The notes under the pieces were generated by a model, which was not told the DNA's origin, searched no databases, and was given only the letters and a program-made list of their open reading frames with translations. Of a DNA stretch of 48,591 nucleotides, positions 8,613 through 16,999 are shown in pieces. The stretch spans positions 1-48,591 of the IMG/VR virus record IMGVR_UViG_3300016667_000489. One strand, written 5' to 3'. The first letter of the stretch is position 1, and every line of letters starts with the position of its first letter. The DNA comes from a virus. Its lineage: Duplodnaviria > Caudoviricetes. A program made the translations under genes and the position numbers.

Positions 8613-9626
8613 ATGACAAAGTTAGGTAGAGGTTTAGATGTTGGCACATCATTCGTTGTGTTAGCATCTGAACAAGAAGAAGGAACAGTTCAATATAAAG
8701 ATTTTCGTGATGCATTCTATCATATCAAGCCTTCAACACCAATCGCTGCAAAGATGATTGAAAAAGGTTTAGACGGTAAAACGTTTGTAAAAGATACAGA
8801 TGGAACCTTTATCCTTCTCGGCAAGGATGCTATTGAAAAGGCTGTAGAACGTAATGATAGCGCAAAACGTCCTATGTTCCGTGGCGTTGTTTCTTCAAAG
8901 GAAAAGGATGCACGTAAGGTTCTATCATATATTCTTAAGGAAGTAGCAGGAACTCCAGCAGAACAGGGAGAAAAACTTGTATTCTGTATTCCTGCCCAGC
9001 CTATCGATCAAGAAGATGAAGAGTTTGACGTTGGATATCACGAAGACGTTGTAAAGAAGATTCTATCCGATGTTGGTTATGCTCCAAGGGCTATCAATGA
9101 GGCAGAGGCTCTTTGCTATTCAGAACTTGAGAATGATGATTATACCGGCGTTGCTCTATCATGGGGCGCTGGCATGGTTAACGTCTGCGTAATGCTTAAC
9201 GGCGAGCCAGTATTGACCTTCTCTACTACCAAGAGTGGTGACTGGATTGATCGTATGGCTGCGGTTGCTACTGGTCAGACAGATAGCATTGTCCAGGCTG
9301 AGAAGGAAGAGGGTGACTTTACCATCGGTCAACCACATGATAATCAAATCCTTGCCGCTGTAGCTGCTTACTATGAGCGTCTTATTGATTATACTACCAA
9401 GCAACTTGCTGCTGCTCTTGCAGATCACAAGGATCTTCCAAAGTTCAAGGATCCTCTTCCTGTAGTAGTAGGCGGAGGAACTACCCAAGCCAAGGGATTC
9501 GTTTCTACATTTGCTAGAAAGCTTGAAGCTAATGGTTTCCCTGTTGCCGTCAAGGAAGTAAGACACGCCAAGGATCCGCTTCACGCTGTTGCCCGTGGTT
9601 GTTTAATCGCTGCTCAAATACTCTGA
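8613..9626 (+). CDS. Actin-like ATPase (MreB/MamK/FtsA superfamily)
   Basis: Phosphate-1 GLDVGTS, connect-1 INEAEA, phosphate-2 SWGAGM, adenosine VVGGGT, connect-2 PLHAVARG. An AGGAG SD supports start 8613 (ORF open from 8541). Confidence 0.9.
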   Translation: MTKLGRGLDVGTSFVVLASEQEEGTVQYKDFRDAFYHIKPSTPIAAKMIEKGLDGKTFVKDTDGTFILLGKDAIEKAVERNDSAKRPMFRGVVSSKEKDARKVLSYILKEVAGTPAEQGEKLVFCIPAQPIDQEDEEFDVGYHEDVVKKILSDVGYAPRAINEAEALCYSELENDDYTGVALSWGAGMVNVCVMLNGEPVLTFSTTKSGDWIDRMAAVATGQTDSIVQAEKEEGDFTIGQPHDNQILAAVAAYYERLIDYTTKQLAAALADHKDLPKFKDPLPVVVGGGTTQAKGFVSTFARKLEANGFPVAVKEVRHAKDPLHAVARGCLIAAQIL

Positions 9627-9656
9627 TAATATAATATACGGTTAATATTTAACCGT

Positions 9657-10055
9657 ATGCTTACCGAAACAGAACATTTAGTTTATTTCTACAAAGCCAA
9701 GGTCAATAGAGTTATTGATGGAGATACCGTTGATATTCTAATTGATCTTGGTTTTGGTCTTTATAAAGACGTTCATGCTCGTTTTTGGGGTATCAATGCT
9801 CCGGAAATCTCCCATCCAAAGGATGAAGAAGAGTTATTAAGAGGTCTTGCAACTAAAGCCCGTGTAGAAGAATGGTTTAAACTAAATGCTCCGGATGGTT
9901 ATGTTATCATTCGTAGTCATAATGGCAAAGAATTAAAACAAGAGAAATATGGTAGATGGTTGATTGAAATATATCCATTGGGATATACAAAGGAAACAGT
10001 ATCTTTAAATGACACACTTGTTAAAGAAAATCTTGCCGTCGAATATATGCGATAA
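9657..10055 (+). CDS. Thermonuclease (SNase-like) family nuclease
   Basis: Motifs RVIDGDTV, RFWGINAPE, EKYGRWL. Confidence 0.9.
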   Translation: MLTETEHLVYFYKAKVNRVIDGDTVDILIDLGFGLYKDVHARFWGINAPEISHPKDEEELLRGLATKARVEEWFKLNAPDGYVIIRSHNGKELKQEKYGRWLIEIYPLGYTKETVSLNDTLVKENLAVEYMR

Positions 10056-10065
10056 AGGTAATCTT

Positions 10066-10149
10066 ATGTTAGATGAACATGATCCAATGCCAGGGATAAT
10101 CCTTGTTGTTTGTGTTTTTCTGTTATACGTTTTGGGCTACATTCCCTAA
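10066..10149 (+). CDS. 27-aa single-TM peptide (not in ORF track)
   Basis: MLDEHDPMPGIILVVCVFLLYVLGYIP*, with AAGGT upstream. Fills the gap between two genes. Confidence 0.4.
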   Translation: MLDEHDPMPGIILVVCVFLLYVLGYIP

Positions 10150-10171
10150 ACTCTTCCTAAAAGGAATGGTT

Positions 10172-10480
10172 ATGTCAGAAGAAACAGTAGCAACAGAAAC
10201 AAATAGAACACTTTACAAGGTAGATGATAATGTTATTGCAATGGTAAGAGAATTAGTCCAACTTTCTCTTCTTACTGGAACAAACATTGTAGATCATCTT
10301 CGTTCACTCGTAGTAGAAGTCCATCCAGAGGACAAGAGATACGTTACCCTCTGTCCAGAATATGTTGAGAGCTATAACCGTATGGTTGAAGGTCTTAATA
10401 AACAGGCTGAACAGCAGATGCAAGATAATGAGCAAAAGCTTGCAGATACAGAACCTACCCCTCCAGCACTTCTTGATTGA
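10172..10480 (+). CDS. Hypothetical protein
   Basis: An AAGGA SD supports ATG 10172. Followed by a terminator. Confidence 0.7.
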   Translation: MSEETVATETNRTLYKVDDNVIAMVRELVQLSLLTGTNIVDHLRSLVVEVHPEDKRYVTLCPEYVESYNRMVEGLNKQAEQQMQDNEQKLADTEPTPPALLD

Positions 10481-10508
10481 TTATTAGTCCCTTCTTCCTC
10501 CAAAGATT

Positions 10509-10543
10509 AAACCCCGGAAAGCCCCAGATTTCCGGGGTTTTTT
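10509..10543 (+). terminator. Intrinsic terminator
   Basis: AAACCCCGGAAA/TTTCCGGGGTTT stem followed by a T tract. Confidence 0.88.
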
Positions 10544-10548
10544 ATTAC

Positions 10549-10577
10549 TTGAAATTCTCTGAATGGTGTGTTATATT
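10549..10577 (+). promoter_or_regulatory. Sigma70-type promoter, leaderless
   Basis: TTGAAA-17-TATATT with TG extension. ATG at 10585 is 7 nt downstream. Confidence 0.8.
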
Positions 10578-10584
10578 TATTAAT

Positions 10585-10728
10585 ATGAAGAATTACACGA
10601 TCATCTATTCGTTCAATGGTTCGGTTGTTTGGGAGTCGCAGCGTGCAACGTCTGTCGCAGATGCACGCCAGAAGTTCCGTGCCCGAAACAAGAATTTTCT
10701 CACGGTCCTTGACATTTTTGAGGACTGA
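10585..10728 (+). CDS. Small hypothetical early protein
   Basis: MKNYTIIYSFNG... lies directly after the promoter. Confidence 0.65.
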   Translation: MKNYTIIYSFNGSVVWESQRATSVADARQKFRARNKNFLTVLDIFED

Positions 10729-10768
10729 TTTATCTTAACCGTATCTTAAGATATAAGGAGAATTGAAC

Positions 10769-10969
10769 ATGGTTGGTGATCTCGAAAAGCTTTTGAACAA
10801 GGGTGAGAAGCTTCGTATGAACGTTCTTGGCAAGCCTTATGAGGTTGAGGTGGTTGCCGTTGACGTTTCGGAATATGAGCGGCGTTATCTAATTGCTTTC
10901 TCGGATAAGCCCGGTGATAGCAAGTGGATCAATAATACGATTGTGCGTCAGTTTAAGTTCACAAATTGA
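10769..10969 (+). CDS. Hypothetical protein
   Basis: AAGGAG SD 8 nt before ATG 10769. Confidence 0.7.
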   Translation: MVGDLEKLLNKGEKLRMNVLGKPYEVEVVAVDVSEYERRYLIAFSDKPGDSKWINNTIVRQFKFTN

Positions 10970-11000
10970 CTAGTTAACAGTAAGAAAGAATAGGTATATT

Positions 11001-11231
11001 ATGCGTCTAACATGGGCAGGTAAGCTTCTAGCAGCATCAGTTGCCGCACGTCTTGGTGCAGCAGGATTGCGTCATATTGCTAACAATTATATGGACGATG
11101 ATTCTGGTGATGGTGGTCCGGTTACGCTTTCAGCAGATCAGATTAATGCAGCGCAGCATTTTGCTAACGCTACCGGCATTTCTCTTCGTGAGGCTGTTCT
11201 CCGTCTTTATAATCTAAATCTTATTGACTGA
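11001..11231 (+). CDS. Hypothetical protein
   Basis: ORF in a co-oriented small-gene array. Confidence 0.6.
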   Translation: MRLTWAGKLLAASVAARLGAAGLRHIANNYMDDDSGDGGPVTLSADQINAAQHFANATGISLREAVLRLYNLNLID

Positions 11232-11234
11232 TTA

Positions 11235-11555
11235 ATGTATCACGATCCCGGCTGGCATACTCTGGTTTGTAAGTGGAACCCTACTTCGGGTAAGCTTTAT
11301 CGGAATTATTACACGCCGGGATTTATTTTTAGTGATAAGCCAGCCTATCCAAGCTTTCGCCGTAACTATGCAGAATATGAGCGTATCCCGCATGGCGATA
11401 TTTTTATGTTTGTTGGTGGTCCCGGTGGTCGCCAGAGGTGTCCCGATCATTTCGTAGCTTATAAGGTATTGTGGGGTGAACGCCTGGGGTGGTTAATCTA
11501 TCCGGAGCAGTATCAGGTTCACGATTATCATCCCGTTGACCCGATTCGCCTATAA
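11235..11555 (+). CDS. Hypothetical protein (possible SH3/KOW-like small barrel)
   Basis: GDIFMFVG...YKVLWGERLGWL pattern shared with other small ORFs here. Confidence 0.55.
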   Translation: MYHDPGWHTLVCKWNPTSGKLYRNYYTPGFIFSDKPAYPSFRRNYAEYERIPHGDIFMFVGGPGGRQRCPDHFVAYKVLWGERLGWLIYPEQYQVHDYHPVDPIRL

Positions 11556-11585
11556 AAATAAGGGTTTTATTTTTCTTTTTATTAC

Positions 11586-11614
11586 TTGAAAATATCCTCT
11601 ACCCCTGCTATTCT
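11586..11614 (+). promoter_or_regulatory. Sigma70-type promoter
   Basis: TTATTAC-TTGAAA-17-TATTCT with TG extension. Confidence 0.8.
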
Positions 11615-11649
11615 GTATACAGATAGAGAGAGAAGGAAAGAGAGAGGTT

Positions 11650-11922
11650 ATGTCGGTCAAGATTGTTGCTGCCCCCCGTCGTGTTCGTGGCGTCCGTGTT
11701 GAGCGTGCGTGCGAGTATTGCGCTGCGGTGTTCTCGTATGTCCCTTCGGACGTGCGTGAGGGTTGGTCGCAGGGTGATGGACGTGGGTATGGTGTCTGCC
11801 GGTATCGCATGGTTCGCTGCCCCTGCTGCCGTAGGTTTAATGACCTTCGTAGCGCCGAGGAGCGTCGCCGGGATGCGCTCGCAGAGCTTGCAGAGCAGGT
11901 CTACGATAACGAGCGTTATTGA
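11650..11922 (+). CDS. Zinc-ribbon hypothetical early protein
   Basis: CEYC...CPCC, GAGG SD, GC-rich. Confidence 0.7.
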   Translation: MSVKIVAAPRRVRGVRVERACEYCAAVFSYVPSDVREGWSQGDGRGYGVCRYRMVRCPCCRRFNDLRSAEERRRDALAELAEQVYDNERY

Positions 11923-11967
11923 TTAAGCTATAAACTTCCTAATCCAAAGCTAAAGGAAAGAAAAGAA

Positions 11968-12258
11968 ATGAACTTCGCTGCTCGTCCGGTTGATATTTTC
12001 GGAATGTCCCTTGCACTCCACGTTGACAATGTGAATATGGATCATGTGCTTTCCACGTTCGCTTCTGGGCGCATGGAAGGCTGGGGCGATACCGATAGCG
12101 GTTATTCCGCTATGGAGGTCGGTTTCGTTTGCGAGGAAACGGGTGAGACGTTTTACGTTTATGCTCGGTGGGGCATGGTCCGTATCGGTGCTCATAATCC
12201 GGATAGTGCTGGTGTTCGTGAGCTTGCTTCTTTCCTTGTGAATAGCCTTTCCAACTGA
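11968..12258 (+). CDS. Hypothetical early protein
   Basis: ORF with AAGGA upstream and GC-rich codon usage. Confidence 0.7.
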   Translation: MNFAARPVDIFGMSLALHVDNVNMDHVLSTFASGRMEGWGDTDSGYSAMEVGFVCEETGETFYVYARWGMVRIGAHNPDSAGVRELASFLVNSLSN

Positions 12259-12266
12259 TAAGGAGA

Positions 12267-12476
12267 ATGATGATGCATTGCCAGAAGTGTTCCGGTGAGG
12301 GTCGTGTGATGGTTCAGGACGAGGGCATCCATTGGCATTGGGAAGCGTGCCCCGAGTGCAACGGTTTTGAGGATATGGCGTCGGCGGTCGAAGCCGCCGA
12401 CCGTCATGTGTCGCCGTGGACGTTTGCGGTTGATGCAGAGCTCAATGATGGTCTGCACGATGATTTCCCCTGGTGA
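12267..12476 (+). CDS. Small zinc-finger protein
   Basis: CQKCSGEG...CPECNG, AAGGAG SD. Confidence 0.7.
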   Translation: MMMHCQKCSGEGRVMVQDEGIHWHWEACPECNGFEDMASAVEAADRHVSPWTFAVDAELNDGLHDDFPW

Positions 12477-12784
12477 GTAAAATGATGTATAACCTTTATA
12501 TTGATGATCTCCGCAATCCTCCTGCTGATAGGGATTGGGTTGTGTGCCGGTCCTCGCAGGAGGCTCTTGATCTGATTATGGAGATTGGGATGCCGTCTTT
12601 TATTTCGTTTGATCATGATCTCGGTGAGGAGGATACCACCATGATCTTCCTTCGTCGGCTGGTGAACGAGGTTTGGGATGGGCAGACTGTTATTCCAGAT
12701 TATCAGATCCATTCTGCTAATCCTGTTGGTGTTGAGAATATTCGCAGTTTCATGCAAAGTTGGAAGCGGAGTCTTTCGCTGTGA
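12473..12784 (+). CDS. Cyclic-phosphate-processing receiver-like domain protein
   Basis: LYIDDLR.PP...ISFDHDLG...IHSANPVG signature. Confidence 0.8.
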   Translation: MSKMMYNLYIDDLRNPPADRDWVVCRSSQEALDLIMEIGMPSFISFDHDLGEEDTTMIFLRRLVNEVWDGQTVIPDYQIHSANPVGVENIRSFMQSWKRSLSL

Positions 12785-13014
12785 ACTTTAAGCCCGGTGA
12801 TTTGATTCGCATTAAGCGACGACTTGCTTTTGTCCGTTGCGTTAATATTGTATCGGCAGACTGGTTTGACTTTAATGCGGATCAGGTCGGGCTTTATCTT
12901 AAGTGGGCGGCTTCAAAGCATAGTGGAGCCGTTCAGCAAGCACTAATCCTTGTCGGTGAAACAAAGTGCTACGTTGATGAAGCGGATATTGAAGTTGTCC
13001 CTTCAAACGATTAA
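12781..13014 (+). CDS. Hypothetical SH3/KOW-like protein
   Basis: GTGA overlap start. FKPGDLIRI...VGLYL...LILVGE. Confidence 0.6.
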   Translation: MNFKPGDLIRIKRRLAFVRCVNIVSADWFDFNADQVGLYLKWAASKHSGAVQQALILVGETKCYVDEADIEVVPSND

Positions 13015-13017
13015 TAG

Positions 13018-13046
13018 TTTATAATCCATCCTTTTCCTGATAAGGT
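13018..13046 (+). promoter_or_regulatory. Sigma70-type promoter, leaderless
   Basis: gTTTATA-17-TAAGGT with TG extension, 6 nt before ATG 13053. Confidence 0.6.
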
Positions 13047-13052
13047 ATAGAT

Positions 13053-13982
13053 ATGAGCCTCGGACTTTGCTGTCAGTATATTGAACCCGTCAAGAAGCGC
13101 ACGGGTAATGTCGTCTATAAGAATATTATTGAGGAAAAGACCTTGCAGTTAGGTGCCTTCAAGGCTGGCAAGTATACTCTATCTCGTATTCGTTCTACCT
13201 ATCATCATAACGTTGATCAGCATATCAAGCTTATGCCAAAGCTTGTTAAGCTTAATATCCGTTCATTCCGCCTTACGTCTGGATTGTTCCCTCTTTGGGA
13301 TATGAATAGTCAGATGATTAAGGACGATGCTATTCTTGTTGGCAAGCTTGCAAAACTGGGCAAGTTGTTTACAGATAATGGGATCCGAGTCACTACTCAC
13401 CCTGGACAGTTTACAGTTATTTCCAGCGACAATCCAAATGTTGTTAAGAACAGTATCGCAGAGCTTGAATATCATGCATGGGTATTTGATGCTATGGGTC
13501 TGCCCCTTTCAAGCTATTCAGCTATTAACATTCATGGCGGTAAAGCAAATCGTTCAAGTGCTATTGTAAGCGTATATAAGTCTCTCCCTGATAACGTCCG
13601 TTCACGTCTTACCCTTGAGAATGACGAGAAGTGTTATAACGTTCAGCAGCTACTTGATGTGCATGATCGTTGCGGTGTTCCGGTAGTGTTTGATAGCCAC
13701 CATTTTACTTTCAATACCGCTAATATGTCCTTTGCCCAGGCTTTTGATGATACTCGTGCAACCTGGGGGAATGTCAAGCCCTTGCAGCATATTAGCAATA
13801 CCGAGCCTGGGTTTGAGAATGCGGCATTTAATCAGAAGCGTGCCCATTCGCAGTATATCCATCGTATCCCTGATATGCAGCTCGAGGCTATGCAAGCAGA
13901 TACTATTGACGTTGACGTAGAAGCCAAGCATAAGAACCTTGCGCTTTTGGATATGCGAAGTAAGTTCAATATTTTGATTTGA
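13053..13982 (+). CDS. uvsE: UV DNA damage endonuclease (UVDE)
   Basis: Motifs LGLCC, FRLTS, THPGQF, NIHGG, LTLENDE, FDSHH, HIS, EAKHK. Confidence 0.93.
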   Translation: MSLGLCCQYIEPVKKRTGNVVYKNIIEEKTLQLGAFKAGKYTLSRIRSTYHHNVDQHIKLMPKLVKLNIRSFRLTSGLFPLWDMNSQMIKDDAILVGKLAKLGKLFTDNGIRVTTHPGQFTVISSDNPNVVKNSIAELEYHAWVFDAMGLPLSSYSAINIHGGKANRSSAIVSVYKSLPDNVRSRLTLENDEKCYNVQQLLDVHDRCGVPVVFDSHHFTFNTANMSFAQAFDDTRATWGNVKPLQHISNTEPGFENAAFNQKRAHSQYIHRIPDMQLEAMQADTIDVDVEAKHKNLALLDMRSKFNILI

Positions 13983-13988
13983 GGAATT

Positions 13989-14525
13989 ATGTTAACCATT
14001 GAAGTTTTAAAAGAGCAAACAAAAATAAAAAAGCAACAAAAGTTAGAAAATCCCGATGTTTATGAGCATTGGGATGAGTTTATTTTGTTATGTTATAATA
14101 CTCGTACACCACAATCGTATGGGGCATTAATAGAAAAAAGAATTATAAAATCAAATGGATTTCGCAAACTTAAATCAGAGTTGAATATTGGGGATGCGGA
14201 AGAAAATGGGTTATATAAAGAGATTAAAATATCGATATCAGCAGATGATGAACAACCAACTTTTAATATTGTACAAATACGTCCTCATGCTAACATATCG
14301 TCCTATTTAATTTGGTTTATTGAAATTGATCAAGAATGTAATATATTGAATCATACCTTTGAAGTGCCAAAAGAAGATATGATGAAGATTCCAGGTGTCG
14401 GCGGGGCTCATGGAACAAAAGAGTCAAATATAAATCAAAAAAACATTGAATATCGTGTTACCGTCAAAAAAAATAGTGCAGCTTGGAATTTCTTACAATC
14501 ATACACAAGAAAGATGAAATACTAA
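13989..14525 (+). CDS. Putative PD-(D/E)XK restriction-endonuclease-like protein
   Basis: IE...GD...EIKIS spacing. Coupled (TAATG) to a DNA methyltransferase. AT-rich. Confidence 0.5.
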   Translation: MLTIEVLKEQTKIKKQQKLENPDVYEHWDEFILLCYNTRTPQSYGALIEKRIIKSNGFRKLKSELNIGDAEENGLYKEIKISISADDEQPTFNIVQIRPHANISSYLIWFIEIDQECNILNHTFEVPKEDMMKIPGVGGAHGTKESNINQKNIEYRVTVKKNSAAWNFLQSYTRKMKY

Positions 14526-15244
14526 TGAACGTTACATTATATAATGCAGATTGCCTTGAACAGATGAAGAATATTCCAGATTCTTCAATTGATATGGTAT
14601 TTTGTGATTTACCATATGGCACCACTCAAAACTCATGGGATACAGTTGTTCCTTTAGATAAATTATGGCTTGAATACAATAGAACAGTTAAAGAAAATGG
14701 CGCTATTGTATTAACATCATCACAACCATTTACTTCCATATTAATAGCAAGCAACATTAAATATTTCAAGTTTGAATGGATATGGAAAAAAACTATAGGT
14801 AGCGGACAAATGAATATTAAGAGACAACCTCTTAAAATTCATGAAAGTGTTTTAGTATTTTATCGCAAGCCCCCAACATATAATGAACAGAAAACTGTTG
14901 GTAAACCATATTCTATAACAAGAAAAGAATCTTCATTAAAAGAAACAAGTTATGGTAAGCAAAAAACTCATGACAAAAATAATGATGGGTTTAGACACGC
15001 TCAATCTATAATTGAAATTCCAAATCCAAGAATAAGGGGCGGACACCCAACAGAAAAACCTGTTTCACTTTGTGAATATTTTATTAAAACATATTCTAAT
15101 GAAAGTGATGTTGTGCTTGATAATTGCATGGGTAGTGGCTCAACAGGTCAAGCTTGCATAAATTTGAATAGAAATTTTATCGGCATAGAAAAAGAACTTA
15201 CTTATTATGAAATGGCTAAAAAAAGATTAAATTATAATACTTGA
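14525..15244 (+). CDS. N6A/N4C DNA methyltransferase (beta-class order)
   Basis: DLPYG precedes HPTEKP and VLDNCMGSGST...IGIE. Confidence 0.93.
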   Translation: MNVTLYNADCLEQMKNIPDSSIDMVFCDLPYGTTQNSWDTVVPLDKLWLEYNRTVKENGAIVLTSSQPFTSILIASNIKYFKFEWIWKKTIGSGQMNIKRQPLKIHESVLVFYRKPPTYNEQKTVGKPYSITRKESSLKETSYGKQKTHDKNNDGFRHAQSIIEIPNPRIRGGHPTEKPVSLCEYFIKTYSNESDVVLDNCMGSGSTGQACINLNRNFIGIEKELTYYEMAKKRLNYNT

Positions 15245-15268
15245 TAATATCAAGTATTATGATATAAT
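15241..15268 (+). promoter_or_regulatory. Sigma70-type promoter, leaderless
   Basis: TTGATA-16-TATAAT with TG extension, 6 nt before ATG 15275. Confidence 0.75.
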
Positions 15269-15274
15269 GATAAT

Positions 15275-16036
15275 ATGGTTAAGCGAACGATTGTTGTGGG
15301 CGATGTGCATGGGTGTCTGGACGAGTTTCGGGCGCTTATGAATCGTGTTGATTATCGGCATGGCATTGATCGTCTAATCGTTGCTGGTGATCTAGTGGAT
15401 CGTGGTCCCGATAGCGCCGGGGTTGTGCGTTATGCAATGGAACTTGGTGCAGAGGCAGTCCAGGGCAACCATGATGCAAAGCTTCTTCGTCGGCGTAAGC
15501 ATATGCTAAAGGCTGGTATTAATCCGAATTACCGGAACCCGATGTATCCCGATCCGGATCAGGAGAATACTATTAATCAGCTTGGTGATATTGAGATTGC
15601 ATGGCTTGAAGGTCTGCCTTTCTATATTGATCTACCGGAGTATAATGCGGTAGTTGTCCATGCTGGATTTGCTCCCGGTGTTCCGCTTCATAGGCAGAAT
15701 AAGGAGACTATGACAATGGTGCGGTTTATTAGTCCGGATACGCATCGTATGATGGCTCTTGAAATGCCTGGTTTCCGCCAGCCCGCTGGTTCTGTCTTTT
15801 GGGCTGAAATGTGGGATGATACCCGTGACGTTGTTTTCGGACATAACGTTGTGGGTCGTGAAGGCATATATATGTGGAAGGGCAAGAATGGTGCTGGCTG
15901 CTATGGTATTGATACGGGTTGTGTGTTTGGTGGTCGTCTAACGGCTATGATTCTTAATGGACCGAACGATAAGGATCGTGAGGTTGTGCAGGTAAATGCT
16001 GCATACGAATATTCTCGTTATGGTGCTGGGAAGTAA
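15275..16036 (+). CDS. Calcineurin-like metallophosphoesterase (PPP/ApaH/PrpE-like)
   Basis: Motifs GDVHG, GDLVDRG, GNHD, HAG, FGH, IDTGCVFGG. Confidence 0.92.
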   Translation: MVKRTIVVGDVHGCLDEFRALMNRVDYRHGIDRLIVAGDLVDRGPDSAGVVRYAMELGAEAVQGNHDAKLLRRRKHMLKAGINPNYRNPMYPDPDQENTINQLGDIEIAWLEGLPFYIDLPEYNAVVVHAGFAPGVPLHRQNKETMTMVRFISPDTHRMMALEMPGFRQPAGSVFWAEMWDDTRDVVFGHNVVGREGIYMWKGKNGAGCYGIDTGCVFGGRLTAMILNGPNDKDREVVQVNAAYEYSRYGAGK

Positions 16037-16059
16037 TAGCTAAACAAAACAACTAAAAC

Positions 16060-16087
16060 AAAAAAGCGGCTTAACGCCGCTTTTTTT
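16060..16087. terminator. Bidirectional intrinsic terminator
   Basis: A6-GCGGC-loop-GCCGC-T7 between convergent genes. Confidence 0.88.
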
Positions 16088-16382
16088 ATTTAACTTCTGC
16101 AAAATATTTTATTCGTTCATCATTCATTTGCCTTATGATGAAGTTGAGCATTCCTGGCATATTATCAGCTTCGGTCATAATCCAAAATGTTCTGAAGAAG
16201 TCCGGTTCTTCTTTTATATTATGATATTCTTGAAAAGCCATTGAGGCTACAACCATAGAACGATATATTATTTCTCTAGCTTCATTTGTAGGAATGGTGT
16301 CTAAATCTGGTATCTTCCACCAGATTTTTACTTTTTTCTTTCTGGCACGTTTAAGACCGGAGTGAGAAGATTTAGAACTCAT
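16086..16382 (-). CDS. Hypothetical protein
   Basis: Coupled to the MT-A70 gene. Basic N-terminus. Confidence 0.65.
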   Translation of the reverse strand: MSSKSSHSGLKRARKKKVKIWWKIPDLDTIPTNEAREIIYRSMVVASMAFQEYHNIKEEPDFFRTFWIMTEADNMPGMLNFIIRQMNDERIKYFAEVK

Positions 16383-16999
16383 ATAATATTGTTTAATGTA
16401 TCTCTAACGTCTTCACCATTACAAACAGCATTACCAATTGCATCCCATCCTGGGACTTGTTTACGAGCAAAGACTTCTATCATATCATAGCCGGAACCAA
16501 AAGCACTTTCAATCAATTGGCGAAACACTTCTGGTTTTGTTGAATGTCCTTCTCTTGGAGCTAATACAACTTGTGGAAGCTTTGAGTTTAATAGCTTTAC
16601 AGGGCGACCAGTTTTCTTGGTAGTGGCTACCAATAACAATTCTGTAGTAGGCTTGCTATAGGTTGGAGGAATGCCTTGTGCATTGATTATACCGCCGTCC
16701 TTGCGTGTCTTTACCCAGATATGACCTACGCCTCGGTAGTGCAGTCCCCATGATTTTATAGCCTCTATAGCGGCATTAAGACGTGGTGTAGTAGCCCATA
16801 CAAACACGTAAGCATCCTTCTTAAGAATTTTCTTAAGGGGTAAGTTGTTAACGTCAGTATCAGTCATTAGCTGATAATATTTTCCTGCTGCGGCATCTTT
16901 GTTTGGATCGCCAAAATGTGCCCAAGGAGGATCAATTAGGAGAATATCGTAACGCTTACCTTTAAGGGGATGGGGAGGAGGAATGATTAAATTTGTCAT
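16379..16999 (-). CDS. MT-A70 family adenine methyltransferase
   Basis: Motifs DPPW, FVWAT, WVK, HSTKP, IEVFAR, GWDAIGN. Confidence 0.92.
   Translation of the reverse strand: MTNLIIPPPHPLKGKRYDILLIDPPWAHFGDPNKDAAAGKYYQLMTDTDVNNLPLKKILKKDAYVFVWATTPRLNAAIEAIKSWGLHYRGVGHIWVKTRKDGGIINAQGIPPTYSKPTTELLLVATTKKTGRPVKLLNSKLPQVVLAPREGHSTKPEVFRQLIESAFGSGYDMIEVFARKQVPGWDAIGNAVCNGEDVRDTLNNII

Noticed and set aside
10477-10584. Upstream extension of the 10477-10728 ORF (likewise 19675-19740, 14483-14524, 10103-10171)
   Set aside because: These extensions cross terminators or promoters, or overlap other genes. Downstream ATGs fit promoter, SD or coupling evidence better.
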